Below, piece after piece: positions 17,294-27,644 of a stretch of DNA of 64,000 bases. The number at the start of each line of letters is the position of its first letter. The stretch's first letter is position 1. The stretch spans positions 2,073 to 66,072 of IMG/VR virus record IMGVR_UViG_3300012158_000002. One strand, 5' to 3'. The DNA is from a virus (taxonomy: Duplodnaviria; Caudoviricetes). The translations under genes were made by a program, and so were the position numbers. Below the pieces are notes generated by a model, which was not told the DNA's origin, did no database searches, and saw only the letters and a list, made by a program, of their open reading frames with translations.

Positions 17294-17601
17294 TTATTCT
17301 CCTTTTCTTCATCAGCTTTGGTTATTTTATAGCCGTGGTCTTCTCGAAGGTGCCGGTCTATTCGCTCATGCAAACGCCTTACAGAATCTTTGTTATCTTT
17401 CGTAGTTTGATTAACCATTTCTTTTATTTCCTCAAGATCCTCTTTTATGTTCTTTAACTTTTCATTAAGAGTACCTTTCCATTCACCATCTTTCGATGTA
17501 TCTTTATTTCCGTTTTTCGAAAATGTCAAAATGGTTAATCCACATAATGTAATAGATACTGCAAGAGAAATTATTTCTGATATACCCATTATTTTCACCA
17601 C
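17290..17601 (-). CDS. N-terminal TM plus coiled-coil protein (XhlA-like lysis accessory)
   Basis: IISLAVSITLCGLTILTF followed by a coiled coil; located next to the endolysin. Confidence 0.6.
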   Translation of the reverse strand: MVKIMGISEIISLAVSITLCGLTILTFSKNGNKDTSKDGEWKGTLNEKLKNIKEDLEEIKEMVNQTTKDNKDSVRRLHERIDRHLREDHGYKITKADEEKENK

Positions 17602-17683
17602 CTATCATAGCAAACATTTAATTCTTTGTCAAACAAGATTAAGCCCCAAATTTTACTCTGAGGCTTATCTGATTACTGCGAAA

Positions 17684-18427
17684 TCATGCTGCTATCAAAC
17701 ATTTTACGGTTATCGGACCACAGACATTATCTATTTTTATTTTACATGATGCCTGGAATTTACCCAACGCCGCTTTGGTTTTAACCCCAAATTTACCATC
17801 GATAGCAATGTCATAACCAGCTTCTACCAATTCCCATTGTAGCCATTTTACAGATTCTCTTATCTCTTTAACACGAGATGTATCATAATAAAGCAGTTCA
17901 GTTGGCACATTATAGGGATTTGCTGTTTTCCATGTACCATAAACTTTGTTTTCATAGGTATAATCAATATCAGAGAATGTCAATCCATGCGTCCACTTTG
18001 TTGCAGATACTTTGGTCATTTTTGTTCCGTGATCAATGCCTTTCGCTTCGTAACACATAGGTACACCGTCAATAATTCCTGCATAGATTCCTACATGACC
18101 AGACTTCCATAGCACAACGCCAACAGCAAAATCTTTTATGTTGGAAATCGGCAGTCTTGTATAAGCTTTCTGATACAATTGTGCGGAGCCTATGTTAATG
18201 CCGCGATAACCGGATATTAGACCGGAGCAATCGGTGTTTGTTTTTCCTACCTGTCCTTTGTTTCTTGCCTTTTTCATATATGCAGTGGTTACGGTTGATG
18301 GATACATGCTATGCATTACCTGCATTTTGTTTTCTGTAAGCAAGCCATCTGTAATTTTCGCTCCATAAAAATATGGAGTTCCTATCTTGCTTTTTCCATA
18401 ATCCGCTAATCCATTTCCTGTTAACAT
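17684..18427 (-). CDS. Endolysin: NlpC/P60-like catalytic domain plus peptidoglycan-binding domain
   Basis: TDCSGLI and GHVGIY catalytic Cys/His; C-term VKWLQWEL...IDGKFG..T..AL..FQ. Confidence 0.85.
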   Translation of the reverse strand: MLTGNGLADYGKSKIGTPYFYGAKITDGLLTENKMQVMHSMYPSTVTTAYMKKARNKGQVGKTNTDCSGLISGYRGINIGSAQLYQKAYTRLPISNIKDFAVGVVLWKSGHVGIYAGIIDGVPMCYEAKGIDHGTKMTKVSATKWTHGLTFSDIDYTYENKVYGTWKTANPYNVPTELLYYDTSRVKEIRESVKWLQWELVEAGYDIAIDGKFGVKTKAALGKFQASCKIKIDNVCGPITVKCLIAA

Positions 18428-18428
18428 A

Positions 18429-18638
18429 TTATTCCTCCTTTTTTGTTTGTACAGCCAATTCCGGCAGTCCTGCAGCTGACGTTAATAGAGATAATAGACC
18501 GGATAACAATGATGCAGACAATAACATTACCCAATTAACATCATTGAGTACAACCGATGTCCCAATTGCGGCAAGTGCCGTTTGCGCTACTGTTTTTATT
18601 GCCCTGATTCCGGCAGCCCTTAACCATTCTTTACTCAT
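18429..18638 (-). CDS. Holin (phage r1t holin-like)
   Basis: WLRAAGIRAIKTVAQTALAAIG...SLLTSAAGLPE. Confidence 0.88.
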   Translation of the reverse strand: MSKEWLRAAGIRAIKTVAQTALAAIGTSVVLNDVNWVMLLSASLLSGLLSLLTSAAGLPELAVQTKKEE

Positions 18639-18667
18639 TTTATTTTATTTCCTTTCTTTTTATATTC

Positions 18668-18701
18668 AAAAACCAGGTGACTGAAATGGGATTACCTGGT
18701 T
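18668..18701 (-). terminator. Hairpin downstream of the invertible tail segment
   Basis: AACCAGGT/ACCTGGTT stem followed by a T-run on the minus strand. Confidence 0.55.
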
Positions 18702-18763
18702 CTTGGCTCAATATTATATTTAATTCTCAAATACATTCACATTTTTCTCACCTTCTTTCCTTC

Positions 18764-18779
18764 AATAAACAGCAGTTTA
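18764..18779 (+). repeat. Left inverted repeat (putative crossover site) AATAAACAGCAGTTTA
   Basis: Exact reverse complement of 19307-19322; palindromic arms TAAAC/GTTTA around an asymmetric AGCA core. Confidence 0.9.
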
Positions 18780-19109
18780 AATTTACATTTACCCCGTTAT
18801 ATTATATCTAAAACAAATGTATCGGTTGGTTCAGCAGTAGGTGCTAACGTCAGAGGACTATGTGGATTACTAATTATAGGTGTAATAACCGGAGGAAGCA
18901 GCGTTTATAGAGTATTTTTTATATCAGGACAAAATCAATATGATACTCAGTTTAACATAATTAGCACTAACTCATATGGAGGTGGCGAGGGGATTCTTCC
19001 TGTTTACGCAAACCCTAACAATATGGACTTTTCTATTGTTAATAATGGTACCAGTCAAGCTACTGCATGGGCTTATTTCATGGGTTTAGATATATTTCAG
19101 CAAGATTAA
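18765..19109 (+). other. Silent alternative C-terminal cassette (114 codons, no start codon or RBS) of the small tail protein
   Basis: Open from the repeat: INSSLNLHLPRYIISKTNVSVGSAVGANVRGLCGLLIIG...WAYFMGLDIFQQD*; same frame relative to the repeat as the expressed cassette. Confidence 0.8.
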
Positions 19110-19117
19110 TAGCTATT

Positions 19118-19477
19118 TTACTTGATTTGAATATATATTTTACGACTACCATCATCAATAGTGATAAACAGTCCAGTTGCATCAATTCCGATCGTGTGTA
19201 TAGAATTAAGCGTTGATGGATCTACACTAAGTTTATTAGCGCTTAGTGATGAGACTGCATTATTGAGGTATGTAATAGCTACCCCAGTATTACTAATATT
19301 AGCATCTAAACTGCTGTTTATTTGCTTAATTTCCGCTGCGGTACCTAATGGGACTGGTAAATTATCTTTGTCTCCAAATGCTGGCACTCCATTGTTCGCT
19401 ACCGCTAAATCTCCATATTCTAATGTAGCAGGATATGTAGGTGTTGCAGTTGTACTTGTTTGTCTTTTTAATTTCAT
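19118..19477 (-). CDS. Small tail fibre/receptor-binding protein with invertible C-terminus
   Basis: N-term MKLKRQ...P..LEYGDLAV tail-fibre N-domain motif; the repeat encodes QINSSL from codon 52. Confidence 0.7.
   Translation of the reverse strand: MKLKRQTSTTATPTYPATLEYGDLAVANNGVPAFGDKDNLPVPLGTAAEIKQINSSLDANISNTGVAITYLNNAVSSLSANKLSVDPSTLNSIHTIGIDATGLFITIDDGSRKIYIQIK
19307..19322 (-). repeat. Right inverted repeat TAAACTGCTGTTTATT inside the tail gene
   Basis: Exact inverted copy of 18764-18779. Confidence 0.9.
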
Positions 19478-19479
19478 AG

Positions 19480-19695
19480 TTAATATGCCTCCATTTTCAA
19501 ATCTACTATTGGCGTGTTGTTTTCAATAATCAATAAACTGTTTACCTCTTTTGCACCAAAAGGAGTCCCATCTTGCAATATTTCATTTACTTGAACAAGA
19601 CGGATATTTGTTTCAACAATTGTTCCGTTTTCCCGTACAATATTATATCTAGGCTGTCCGTCACCGCCTAAGATTCTATCAAGATATTTAGCCAA
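19480..19695 (-). CDS. Small tail-associated protein
   Basis: RYNIV.ENG...QDGTPFGAKEVN motif seen in tail-tip proteins. Confidence 0.65.
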   Translation of the reverse strand: MAKYLDRILGGDGQPRYNIVRENGTIVETNIRLVQVNEILQDGTPFGAKEVNSLLIIENNTPIVDLKMEAY

Positions 19696-20086
19696 AAAAA
19701 TCTCCTCCTAACTCAAATGATAAAATTGATCTGTTTGAATACTGAGAATTTAGAATATAGTAATATAACAAGGTGGTCCTTTCTATTCGGTTTACATCCT
19801 CATTATTCCATGTCGTATTATTTTCAAAAAATTCCTTTGTGACTTCAAAATTATTTGCACGAAAAGTATTGTTTGCTAATAATTCCAAATTTTCTTCAAT
19901 TACATTAAAAACCTTAGCATAAAACAATGATCTTATATTTATTTCATCAATATTGGGATATTTCCATTTTTCATTTATTGAAAATGCTAACTCAATAAGA
20001 TATATGATATTGTTTTTTATTCTGTTGTACTCTGCATATTCAAAAAAATCTGTTGAATTCCAATCTGTTTTTGCATATGTCCACAT
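19688..20086 (-). CDS. Tail/baseplate-associated hypothetical protein
   Basis: KTDW..DFF..EYNRIKNNI and DVNRIE motifs; located in the tail operon. Confidence 0.7.
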   Translation of the reverse strand: MWTYAKTDWNSTDFFEYAEYNRIKNNIIYLIELAFSINEKWKYPNIDEINIRSLFYAKVFNVIEENLELLANNTFRANNFEVTKEFFENNTTWNNEDVNRIERTTLLYYYILNSQYSNRSILSFELGGDFFG

Positions 20087-20087
20087 T

Positions 20088-22016
20088 TTAATACCCCGTA
20101 TAATTTAGTTCATCGGCAGAAGCAGCTTTTCCGGTTGAATTTCCGGTTCCACCATTTGCAATAGGTAATATACCCGTAATACCAGGACGAGGACTTGCCG
20201 CTAAAGGACTTGCTGCTGTTGTTGAAGCTAAATTTATGAGCATGGATGGAGCAGTCGACAAACCGGTACCGCCATTTGCGATGGCGACTATTCCGGTTAC
20301 ATTTCCTGCTGTGCCTGATACATTTGTCGGTGTGGCCGGCAATATCATGTTTCGTGCAACTATAGCCGTCACTCTGCCTTTTACATCCACGGTTATGTAC
20401 GGAACTATAATAGTTCCACCAAATCCTAACGTTGCGGCTGCTGTCGGTCCATAACTGCCAGCCGTTGCGCCGGATGTCGCTAAAGTCAAAATAGCTGACA
20501 CATCCTTACTACCATCTACGGACAATGAAGCAGTACCATCCCCTGTAAGAGATAATTTCCGTTCGGAATACCATTTAGATGCACTTGTTACATTTCCTGC
20601 CACAGTTGCGTTAATTTGCGCTTGCAGTTTTCCTATTGCGATAAGCAAAGAATCAGCAGCAGTAACAGCATTATTTTCAGTAGCTGCTGTTGATAATCCA
20701 GTTAATAAGGCAGCTCTTACAGATGTCGCAAAATCAGTCCATGCTTTTAACCCATTCCAATATTGGCTTGATGTACCCTTTGATATGACTGGTTCTTTTC
20801 CTGATAATAATATAGCAATGTCGTCTTTTGTATAAATATTTGATAAATCGACTTTTTCAGTTTCGAGTATTTGCTTTTGTGTTCCGTCCCACCAGTAATC
20901 TGGTACGCCCAATTCTATGATAAATAAATTGTCGCCAGTTCGTAATTGTGCTGTATTGGATGAAATTGCCAACCAGACATTTAAGGCTATTAATGTATCA
21001 AAAACAAATGCCCGGCTTGCTCCTCTTGCAATTGCCTCCACTTCGGAAACTTTTTCATTTATAACTAATATTTTTCCATCAATTTGTATTGCGGTATATG
21101 AATCAGTGATACCCATCCCTGAAAGAGTACTTGGATTACTTCCGGAAGTTACCCTACCTTTTGTATCCACTGTTGTTTTGGTATATGTTCCGGCAGTCAC
21201 ACCACTGTTAGTCAATGTCAGATTTATATTTGTAATTTCAGAACCATCAAAACTCCCCGTTCCCGATGCATCTCCAATAAGATTAAGAAGCATTTTTGAA
21301 AGCCATTTGCTTGATGTTCCTGCATTTCCCGTGATCGATGTCTGTGCTGGATGAATATGACCTTCGTTTGCATATTTTCCATTATCCAACCCGGCGGCAC
21401 CTTCGCCAGAGACGATTGGTATCGCGGAGCTTGACATTGAATGTCCATAATCTGATCGGGAACTAATGCCATATCTATTGTCCGCACTGGCGTGTGATTT
21501 AGGAGCGGCTCCTGCTTGCTCTGCTGTGACAGAATGCGGATTTGATATATTTGCAATATGAGAATTTACATTTGCTCTAAGGGAGCGGATTGCATTTGTA
21601 ATTTTATTAATTATTGCCGTCAGAATTCCGGTATATGTCGCATTATCGGATTCCGGATCATTTATAGTTCTGTTTCCAATTTTGGAATCTGTAACCGCAT
21701 CATTTGCAATTTTTTCTGTTGTTACGCCCAAATTGGCTAATTTTCCAGTAGTAACTGCCAATTCCATGATTTTTGATGTAGTTATATTGGAATCTCTTAT
21801 TTTATCAGTTGTTACGCTTGCATCTGGATGATCTAATTCTAATGCGACTATATGCGACCGGATTAATGTTTCAAGCTCCGTATCTCTTAATAGCGAATTC
21901 TCGTCTATGGTGAATACAATACTATCAATATTATCCATATTTACGTTAACATCATTTATATCCGCAGCACCATCATATGATGGCTTGCGAAGCTGAAAAT
22001 GAAATGTATAATCCAT
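20088..22016 (-). CDS. Tail fibre protein
   Basis: Thr/Ala/Gly-rich; duplicated GNA.TS.KW...L.GD.SG...DGS....TL..SG.TAG.Y...VD.KGRVT repeats; IANGGTG motifs. Confidence 0.85.
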   Translation of the reverse strand: MDYTFHFQLRKPSYDGAADINDVNVNMDNIDSIVFTIDENSLLRDTELETLIRSHIVALELDHPDASVTTDKIRDSNITTSKIMELAVTTGKLANLGVTTEKIANDAVTDSKIGNRTINDPESDNATYTGILTAIINKITNAIRSLRANVNSHIANISNPHSVTAEQAGAAPKSHASADNRYGISSRSDYGHSMSSSAIPIVSGEGAAGLDNGKYANEGHIHPAQTSITGNAGTSSKWLSKMLLNLIGDASGTGSFDGSEITNINLTLTNSGVTAGTYTKTTVDTKGRVTSGSNPSTLSGMGITDSYTAIQIDGKILVINEKVSEVEAIARGASRAFVFDTLIALNVWLAISSNTAQLRTGDNLFIIELGVPDYWWDGTQKQILETEKVDLSNIYTKDDIAILLSGKEPVISKGTSSQYWNGLKAWTDFATSVRAALLTGLSTAATENNAVTAADSLLIAIGKLQAQINATVAGNVTSASKWYSERKLSLTGDGTASLSVDGSKDVSAILTLATSGATAGSYGPTAAATLGFGGTIIVPYITVDVKGRVTAIVARNMILPATPTNVSGTAGNVTGIVAIANGGTGLSTAPSMLINLASTTAASPLAASPRPGITGILPIANGGTGNSTGKAASADELNYTGY

Positions 22017-23696
22017 TTATATATCACCCTCCAATCTTTTTGTAATTAAGCTGCCTCTTATTCCACCAGTAAAAGAAATAACATGTTTTAGTGTAATTAC
22101 TTTCAAATCGTCCGAAAAATCAGATTGCATGGAAATTATATCATTGCTTTCCAATTCTGGATTTCCACGATAATCAAAATAATATGTATTTCGCATGTTC
22201 AGATAATGCGCATATTGACTTACAACACTTAACAAATGATCATAGGACGTAATGAGAGGATTCTCAATTTTCTCAGTGATTCCCGTTTCATTAAATTCAA
22301 AATTATAAACAGTCTCATTACTTGCTATTTCCTGTTTTTCTTCGTCAAAATAATATTCATAAACCTTTCCTTCAATGTTTTTTAACAAAGGAGATTTTTC
22401 AATTTTCGGGGAGTTCCACATATCATCAAGCGTTAACTTAAAATCATTTTTTGTATATGCGTTAGGTTCTATATGTATATTTCCTTCTAAGTCAGTAAAA
22501 AGTATACAAAATGCAGCCTGCGCTATTATTTTAAGACTATCTTTAAATGAATAATCCGTTAATGGCGCATTTGTTGAGATTTCTTTTAGAGTATCGCTTA
22601 TATAATATTGCTGTTCGGTTAACTTAGCATTTTTTAATACATTTTCTGCTAAAAAATATAATGATCTGGTATTAAGCTCATTATTCTCAAAATAAGTCTC
22701 TGTAAGCCCACCAATCAAGTCCGTGCAATTGAAAGTTACTTGTATTCCGTCTGCAATAGGTATAGCGTCTAAAATATAACTACCATTATCAATCCATTCT
22801 ATATAATCTCCGCGTACAAGATCACCCCATGTAACCAATTCCAGATCACCCCATTTTTGATCTTTTAAATCACCCCAGGAGATGGGTTCTGTAAGCTGCA
22901 ATCCATATGAAATTGTAATAGGACTCTTTTCCTCGACATAACTCCATATTCCGTTTGGATTATCAGGATTATAGCTTTTATCCAAATTCAAGATATTAAA
23001 GCTAAATGTGTTTATAGGTAAGCGTCTCATGATCGGGTCTATATCTTCTGTTTGAGTTGCATTAATAATGTTTCGGTTATCAAATATGATTCCAACGCCA
23101 AAAATAATATTGCTAAGCCTTGCGCGTTGAAACGGCTTAAACCAACGTATAAATTTTATCTGCATACTGTCAAAATATTCAAAGTCACCATATGCTATAT
23201 AATTAAAGCTATCGACTTCATATTTTTTTGTAAAAATAATATTATTTTGCCGATAAGCAGTAATCTCAATTTCCGAAGGATAGCGCTGCATTATATGATC
23301 AAATATAAAGCTGAGCCCTTTTGTTCTATGTGTTTTTGTAAAATTCATTGTAATATAGGGCTGAGGATTAAAATATCCATTCTGATCGCTTAAAATATTT
23401 GATACAAATCCCTGATATAATATTGTTCCTTGTTCCTCTGGTACAATTCTTTGTCGTCCATTTAATAAAAATCCATTGCTTTCTGCCATGGCGTAAGAAT
23501 ATTCTTGATTATATCTGGATATTTTACTGACTTCTGACAAAAATTCATGTCCATTATCAACAGCCGACATATCATCGGCCGCATCCACATCAACAAGGCC
23601 AAAGTTAATTCGCATATAACTTCGGCCTCTTATTCTATTTGCCATTTCTTTTTTCCATAGCTCAGATACTTTTTGCATATTATTCCCCTGTATCAA
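22017..23696 (-). CDS. Tail tip/baseplate hub protein (Tal-like)
   Basis: 559 aa after Dit; C-term YRGNPELESND. Confidence 0.7.
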   Translation of the reverse strand: MIQGNNMQKVSELWKKEMANRIRGRSYMRINFGLVDVDAADDMSAVDNGHEFLSEVSKISRYNQEYSYAMAESNGFLLNGRQRIVPEEQGTILYQGFVSNILSDQNGYFNPQPYITMNFTKTHRTKGLSFIFDHIMQRYPSEIEITAYRQNNIIFTKKYEVDSFNYIAYGDFEYFDSMQIKFIRWFKPFQRARLSNIIFGVGIIFDNRNIINATQTEDIDPIMRRLPINTFSFNILNLDKSYNPDNPNGIWSYVEEKSPITISYGLQLTEPISWGDLKDQKWGDLELVTWGDLVRGDYIEWIDNGSYILDAIPIADGIQVTFNCTDLIGGLTETYFENNELNTRSLYFLAENVLKNAKLTEQQYYISDTLKEISTNAPLTDYSFKDSLKIIAQAAFCILFTDLEGNIHIEPNAYTKNDFKLTLDDMWNSPKIEKSPLLKNIEGKVYEYYFDEEKQEIASNETVYNFEFNETGITEKIENPLITSYDHLLSVVSQYAHYLNMRNTYYFDYRGNPELESNDIISMQSDFSDDLKVITLKHVISFTGGIRGSLITKRLEGDI

Positions 23697-24090
23697 TAAT
23701 GTTTACCTGCGCATTTTCCAGATATTCTGGCCTTAATGAATTCTGATCAACATTAACTGGTTCGCATTGGGGATTGCTCGCATAAAATCTTTTTCTTTGC
23801 AAGCGTCCCAAATTATAGTTAAAATATTCAACGCTAAAAAACATTCCATGGGATTCAAGGAAATTATTAAATTCCCACCACTTCTCGGGTTCTATACGAG
23901 ACCATCCCATATTCTGCTTATCAAGGCTTCTTCCAACTTGTTGACCAACCACAACTCCATTAACATTTCTGGCAGCATCTACTAAGCGTTCTGTTTGAAA
24001 CATTGCCTTTCCCCTTGTCGGAAAAGGCAATGTATAAATCAGATTATCAAATGATGAACCATATCTTATAAATCCGTCATTAGTACGCAT
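23680..24090 (-). CDS. Distal tail protein (Dit-like)
   Basis: Size and position directly after the tape measure gene. Confidence 0.6.
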   Translation of the reverse strand: MRTNDGFIRYGSSFDNLIYTLPFPTRGKAMFQTERLVDAARNVNGVVVGQQVGRSLDKQNMGWSRIEPEKWWEFNNFLESHGMFFSVEYFNYNLGRLQRKRFYASNPQCEPVNVDQNSLRPEYLENAQVNIIDTGE

Positions 24091-27000
24091 TTATAAATCC
24101 ACCTCCTGTTGTCTGTATTCCCTTATTTTGTTGCCATGATTCTATACTACTTCCAACTTCACGACCATCAAGATATATTGCAGGACTTGAATTTCTTATT
24201 GCGTCAGCCAATGAAGCAATCAATTGATTTGTTTCTCTTATTAGGTTATTCGTTTCATCAGAATTAATCCTTTGTACTACTTTATCAGCCAACGCATCCT
24301 GCCATTGCGTATTTCTATCAAGAGGAAGAACAGCTTCCCTACCTCTTTCTCCGATCATTGCAATAGTTGCCTGATCTACAATGCCGCCGGTTGCAAGTTT
24401 CGGAATTGATATTTGTCCAAGCTCTGAAAGACTGAATCCAAACGATTTACCACCTAATCCCGGCACCCATTCTGGAATACTGAAATGTAATCTATTTAAT
24501 GCTCTTACCATTCCGTTGATTCCATTGATTACACCATTAACCATGCTTTCTATTCCACCAAGAATACTATTTATAACTTTTTTGATAACACTCCAAATAT
24601 TATTAAATACATTTTTTGTTGTATCGCTCAATCCATTCCAAATATTATTCCATACCGTTTTTATTCCATTTAATACCGCGGTAATACTAGATTTTATTGT
24701 ATTAATTGTTGTAGATATTAAATTCTTGATGTAATCCCATATATTCGTAACGGTTGTTTTTATGGCTGTCCAAATTGTGTTCCAAACAGTTTGAATAATT
24801 TCAATAGCCGTTGTTATTACTAATTTCACTCGTTCAATTTGTTCAGAAATAAATGCTTTAATGCTTTCCCATATTTCAAGTGCTTTCTCTTTGATGACAT
24901 CCCAGTTCTTATATAACAGGATTCCTATTGCTATCAATGCGGCTATAGCTGCTGTTATTAATACAAGCGGTAAGTTTATAGCATTTACAGCAATAGCTAA
25001 AATCCCACCGGCTGCAGCTGCTGCTAACTGAACAGTTTCCATTATCGCAGTCACTATATTATAGGCTTGAAGAGCAGTAGTAACTAAACCTATTGCTATT
25101 GCTATTCCTTCAATAATGGCCATTGCTATTTCATTATCGGCAATCCATCTAAGCGCATCACCAATAGCGCTTAATATATCGACAATCAACCCTCCTGTCC
25201 ATTCTGCAATTGGAACAAGAATTTTATTCCAAAACCATTGAAAAATAGGTTTTATGTCTTCAATTGTTGTATTTAGAAAATCAATGGCTCCCGATAATAT
25301 ATCAAGAAATGAAGGAATTACATCATTAATTGTCCATGTTCCCAATGGAACCAAGACATTGTTCCAAAACCATAGAAGTCCTTCGCCGATATTTATTGCA
25401 AAAGGCAAAAGTAATTTCCATAATCTGTCTAAAGATGTATTTAATTTATTCCAATCTATTCCTGATACTAATTTTGTAATTCCGTCTATAAAATTTGGGA
25501 ATCCTTTTCCAATAACCCATGTTCCGAGAGGAACCAATACGTTTTCCCATAATCTTAAAAGACCTTCTCCTACATTAATGGCGAAAGGTGCAAGCGCGTT
25601 CCATAATTCGTGTAGAGAATCATTTATTTTCTGCCAATCTATAGCAGCAAGACCTTTTGTGATAGCATCAATAAAACGTGGTAATCCTTCTCCCAGTGTC
25701 CATAAGCCAACAGGCTTTAAAAAAGAATTATAAAAATCTTTTAATGCATCCCATGCAAAACTCCCAACTATTTTTAATTGCTCCCATAATAATTTTAATG
25801 AATCAATTACAGGTTGTAATAATTGCTTTATTTTTTCTATCCATTCTGCGAATTGATCTAATATAGACATATCCAAATCACTTGTATCAATATCAAATGA
25901 TGGTGCGATTTCAGCACCTGCGGCAGCACCAGCAGTATTCTCTGAAATTACACTTAATTCATCTATGCTTGATGATGCATTTTCAGCAGCCTTACCAGCT
26001 GCACTAGTGGCCTTGGCTTGGTTATACATAGCCTTTGCGGCATCTTGGGATTGTTTAATGCTTTTTCCAAAAACAACATTAACAAATGATGCAACATATG
26101 CTGTAATTTTTGCTAATGCAGACATTAGCGCATTAATAGCAGGCAATACAGCATTATAGATTGGCTGAAATGCTGTAAGTAAATTCCCTTTTATCTGTGC
26201 TAATGAATTTACAAATTGATCATTTTGTTTTAGTGCTGACATTAACCCCTGTTGAAGCTGCCGTAACCCTCGTCTAATAATATTAAAAACAAAAACTGCA
26301 ACCACTAAATTTTTGATTCTATTTGCTAATTTTTCAAATCCAGAAGTAGAATTTTTTGTTTCTTTATTTAATAATTTCATTGAACCAATCATACTCAAAA
26401 CAGACACGCCTATTTTTTTAAATCCATCCTTAATCTTATTTAAAAATGTCGTTAAATTTATTGAGCTTTTTTCAATATTTATTAATTCAGCATCAACTTG
26501 ACTTATTTCCTCTGTTTTGAATGCTTCACTCATCTCTGCCGATAATGTTCTTGCACTTTTTGAAGTATCATCAAGCATGAAAGCAATACCACTAATTTGC
26601 GCTTGTAAATTATAAGCTTCATTTGTATTTTGAGGATTTAATGTTATATCTTCAAATGCAACTTTAAGTTTTTCAGATTCAAAATATAAATTTTTTATTT
26701 TAGAATCTATCTTTTCAATATCCTTTTCAGTTCTGTCCATAGTCGCCTGAGCTAAACTTTCGGCTAAAGCATCACCACTTTCTTTTGCTGAATTTAATTC
26801 AGTTTTGGTTTGTTCATAAAGTGTATTTAATGTCTGATATTCATTTTGCTGTTTCTGAATTTCAGATGTAATATTCTCTGTTTTAGTATATATATCCTGT
26901 ATTGTCTGACCAAAAGGAGTCGATAGTTTTAATAGTTCATTTTGTAATTCAATGGCTCTATCTTTGCTCATATCAAGCGCAAGACTTCCTTGTTCGATTT

Positions 27001-27517
27001 TATTAGTTAAATCAGAGAAGTCTTGACTCGTAGTTGGGTCAAGTTGTATTTCTTTTATTCTTTCTTTTATAACTTTAGCCGAATCATCTATCTTTTTTAA
27101 TTCATCATCAACTGGACGTAATTTCTCAGCTAGTCTATCTGCTTCCGCTACAGCAGGAGCAATTTGTTCCTCAGAAAGACCAATGCTTCTTTGTGATTCC
27201 GCAAGTTCAACAGCTTTTTCATATTGAATAATAAGATCTTTATTCGCAGCTTCAACGGCTCTTGTTTCTTTTTCAGCATTCTTAAGCTGTTTTTCAAGCT
27301 CTATAATTTCTTGTGGCTTTTCACCTTTTGCTATAGACTGTAATTTGCTTCGTAAATTTTCTAATTCTGCGTTTTGTTGCTTTATTTTTTCCGCTTGTTT
27401 TTCAAAATTCGTAGTAAGCCGGTCAATTTCTTTGGCGGTCTGAGATAAACCCTTATTAATGCCCTTATTGTCCACAAGGGTTTTTATATTAATCGCGCCA
27501 TCATATCTGTCAGCCAT
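24080..27517 (-). CDS. Tape measure protein
   Basis: 1145 aa; coiled-coil N-half; Trp-periodic repeats; C-term IPKLATGGIV and GERGREAVLPL motifs. Confidence 0.92.
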   Translation of the reverse strand: MADRYDGAINIKTLVDNKGINKGLSQTAKEIDRLTTNFEKQAEKIKQQNAELENLRSKLQSIAKGEKPQEIIELEKQLKNAEKETRAVEAANKDLIIQYEKAVELAESQRSIGLSEEQIAPAVAEADRLAEKLRPVDDELKKIDDSAKVIKERIKEIQLDPTTSQDFSDLTNKIEQGSLALDMSKDRAIELQNELLKLSTPFGQTIQDIYTKTENITSEIQKQQNEYQTLNTLYEQTKTELNSAKESGDALAESLAQATMDRTEKDIEKIDSKIKNLYFESEKLKVAFEDITLNPQNTNEAYNLQAQISGIAFMLDDTSKSARTLSAEMSEAFKTEEISQVDAELINIEKSSINLTTFLNKIKDGFKKIGVSVLSMIGSMKLLNKETKNSTSGFEKLANRIKNLVVAVFVFNIIRRGLRQLQQGLMSALKQNDQFVNSLAQIKGNLLTAFQPIYNAVLPAINALMSALAKITAYVASFVNVVFGKSIKQSQDAAKAMYNQAKATSAAGKAAENASSSIDELSVISENTAGAAAGAEIAPSFDIDTSDLDMSILDQFAEWIEKIKQLLQPVIDSLKLLWEQLKIVGSFAWDALKDFYNSFLKPVGLWTLGEGLPRFIDAITKGLAAIDWQKINDSLHELWNALAPFAINVGEGLLRLWENVLVPLGTWVIGKGFPNFIDGITKLVSGIDWNKLNTSLDRLWKLLLPFAINIGEGLLWFWNNVLVPLGTWTINDVIPSFLDILSGAIDFLNTTIEDIKPIFQWFWNKILVPIAEWTGGLIVDILSAIGDALRWIADNEIAMAIIEGIAIAIGLVTTALQAYNIVTAIMETVQLAAAAAGGILAIAVNAINLPLVLITAAIAALIAIGILLYKNWDVIKEKALEIWESIKAFISEQIERVKLVITTAIEIIQTVWNTIWTAIKTTVTNIWDYIKNLISTTINTIKSSITAVLNGIKTVWNNIWNGLSDTTKNVFNNIWSVIKKVINSILGGIESMVNGVINGINGMVRALNRLHFSIPEWVPGLGGKSFGFSLSELGQISIPKLATGGIVDQATIAMIGERGREAVLPLDRNTQWQDALADKVVQRINSDETNNLIRETNQLIASLADAIRNSSPAIYLDGREVGSSIESWQQNKGIQTTGGGFINAY

Positions 27518-27566
27518 TTAAAACCGCCTTTCTTCTATCTATCCAAACATTATTTTTTGTACAGAA

Positions 27567-27593
27567 AAAGAGAGGTGGATTATACCTCTCTTT
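27567..27593. terminator. Hairpin between the gp15-like gene and the tape measure gene
   Basis: AAAGAGAGGT-7-ACCTCTCTTT perfect stem. Confidence 0.6.
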
Positions 27594-27644
27594 ACGACAT
27601 GCATATCGTCTATACATATAAAAGACTAATGCTACTTACCATTT

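Noticed and set aside
19534-19544. TAAACTGTTTA, resembling a third shufflon site after the GTPFGAKE motif
   Set aside because: The arms match but the spacer is 1 nt rather than 4 and there is no associated cassette; at best a degenerate relic
20236-21740. Several long + strand ORFs opposite the tail fibre gene
   Set aside because: Antisense shadows of an Ala/Thr/Gly-rich gene, with no RBS or bounding inverted repeats; the same applies to most antisense ORFs in the track
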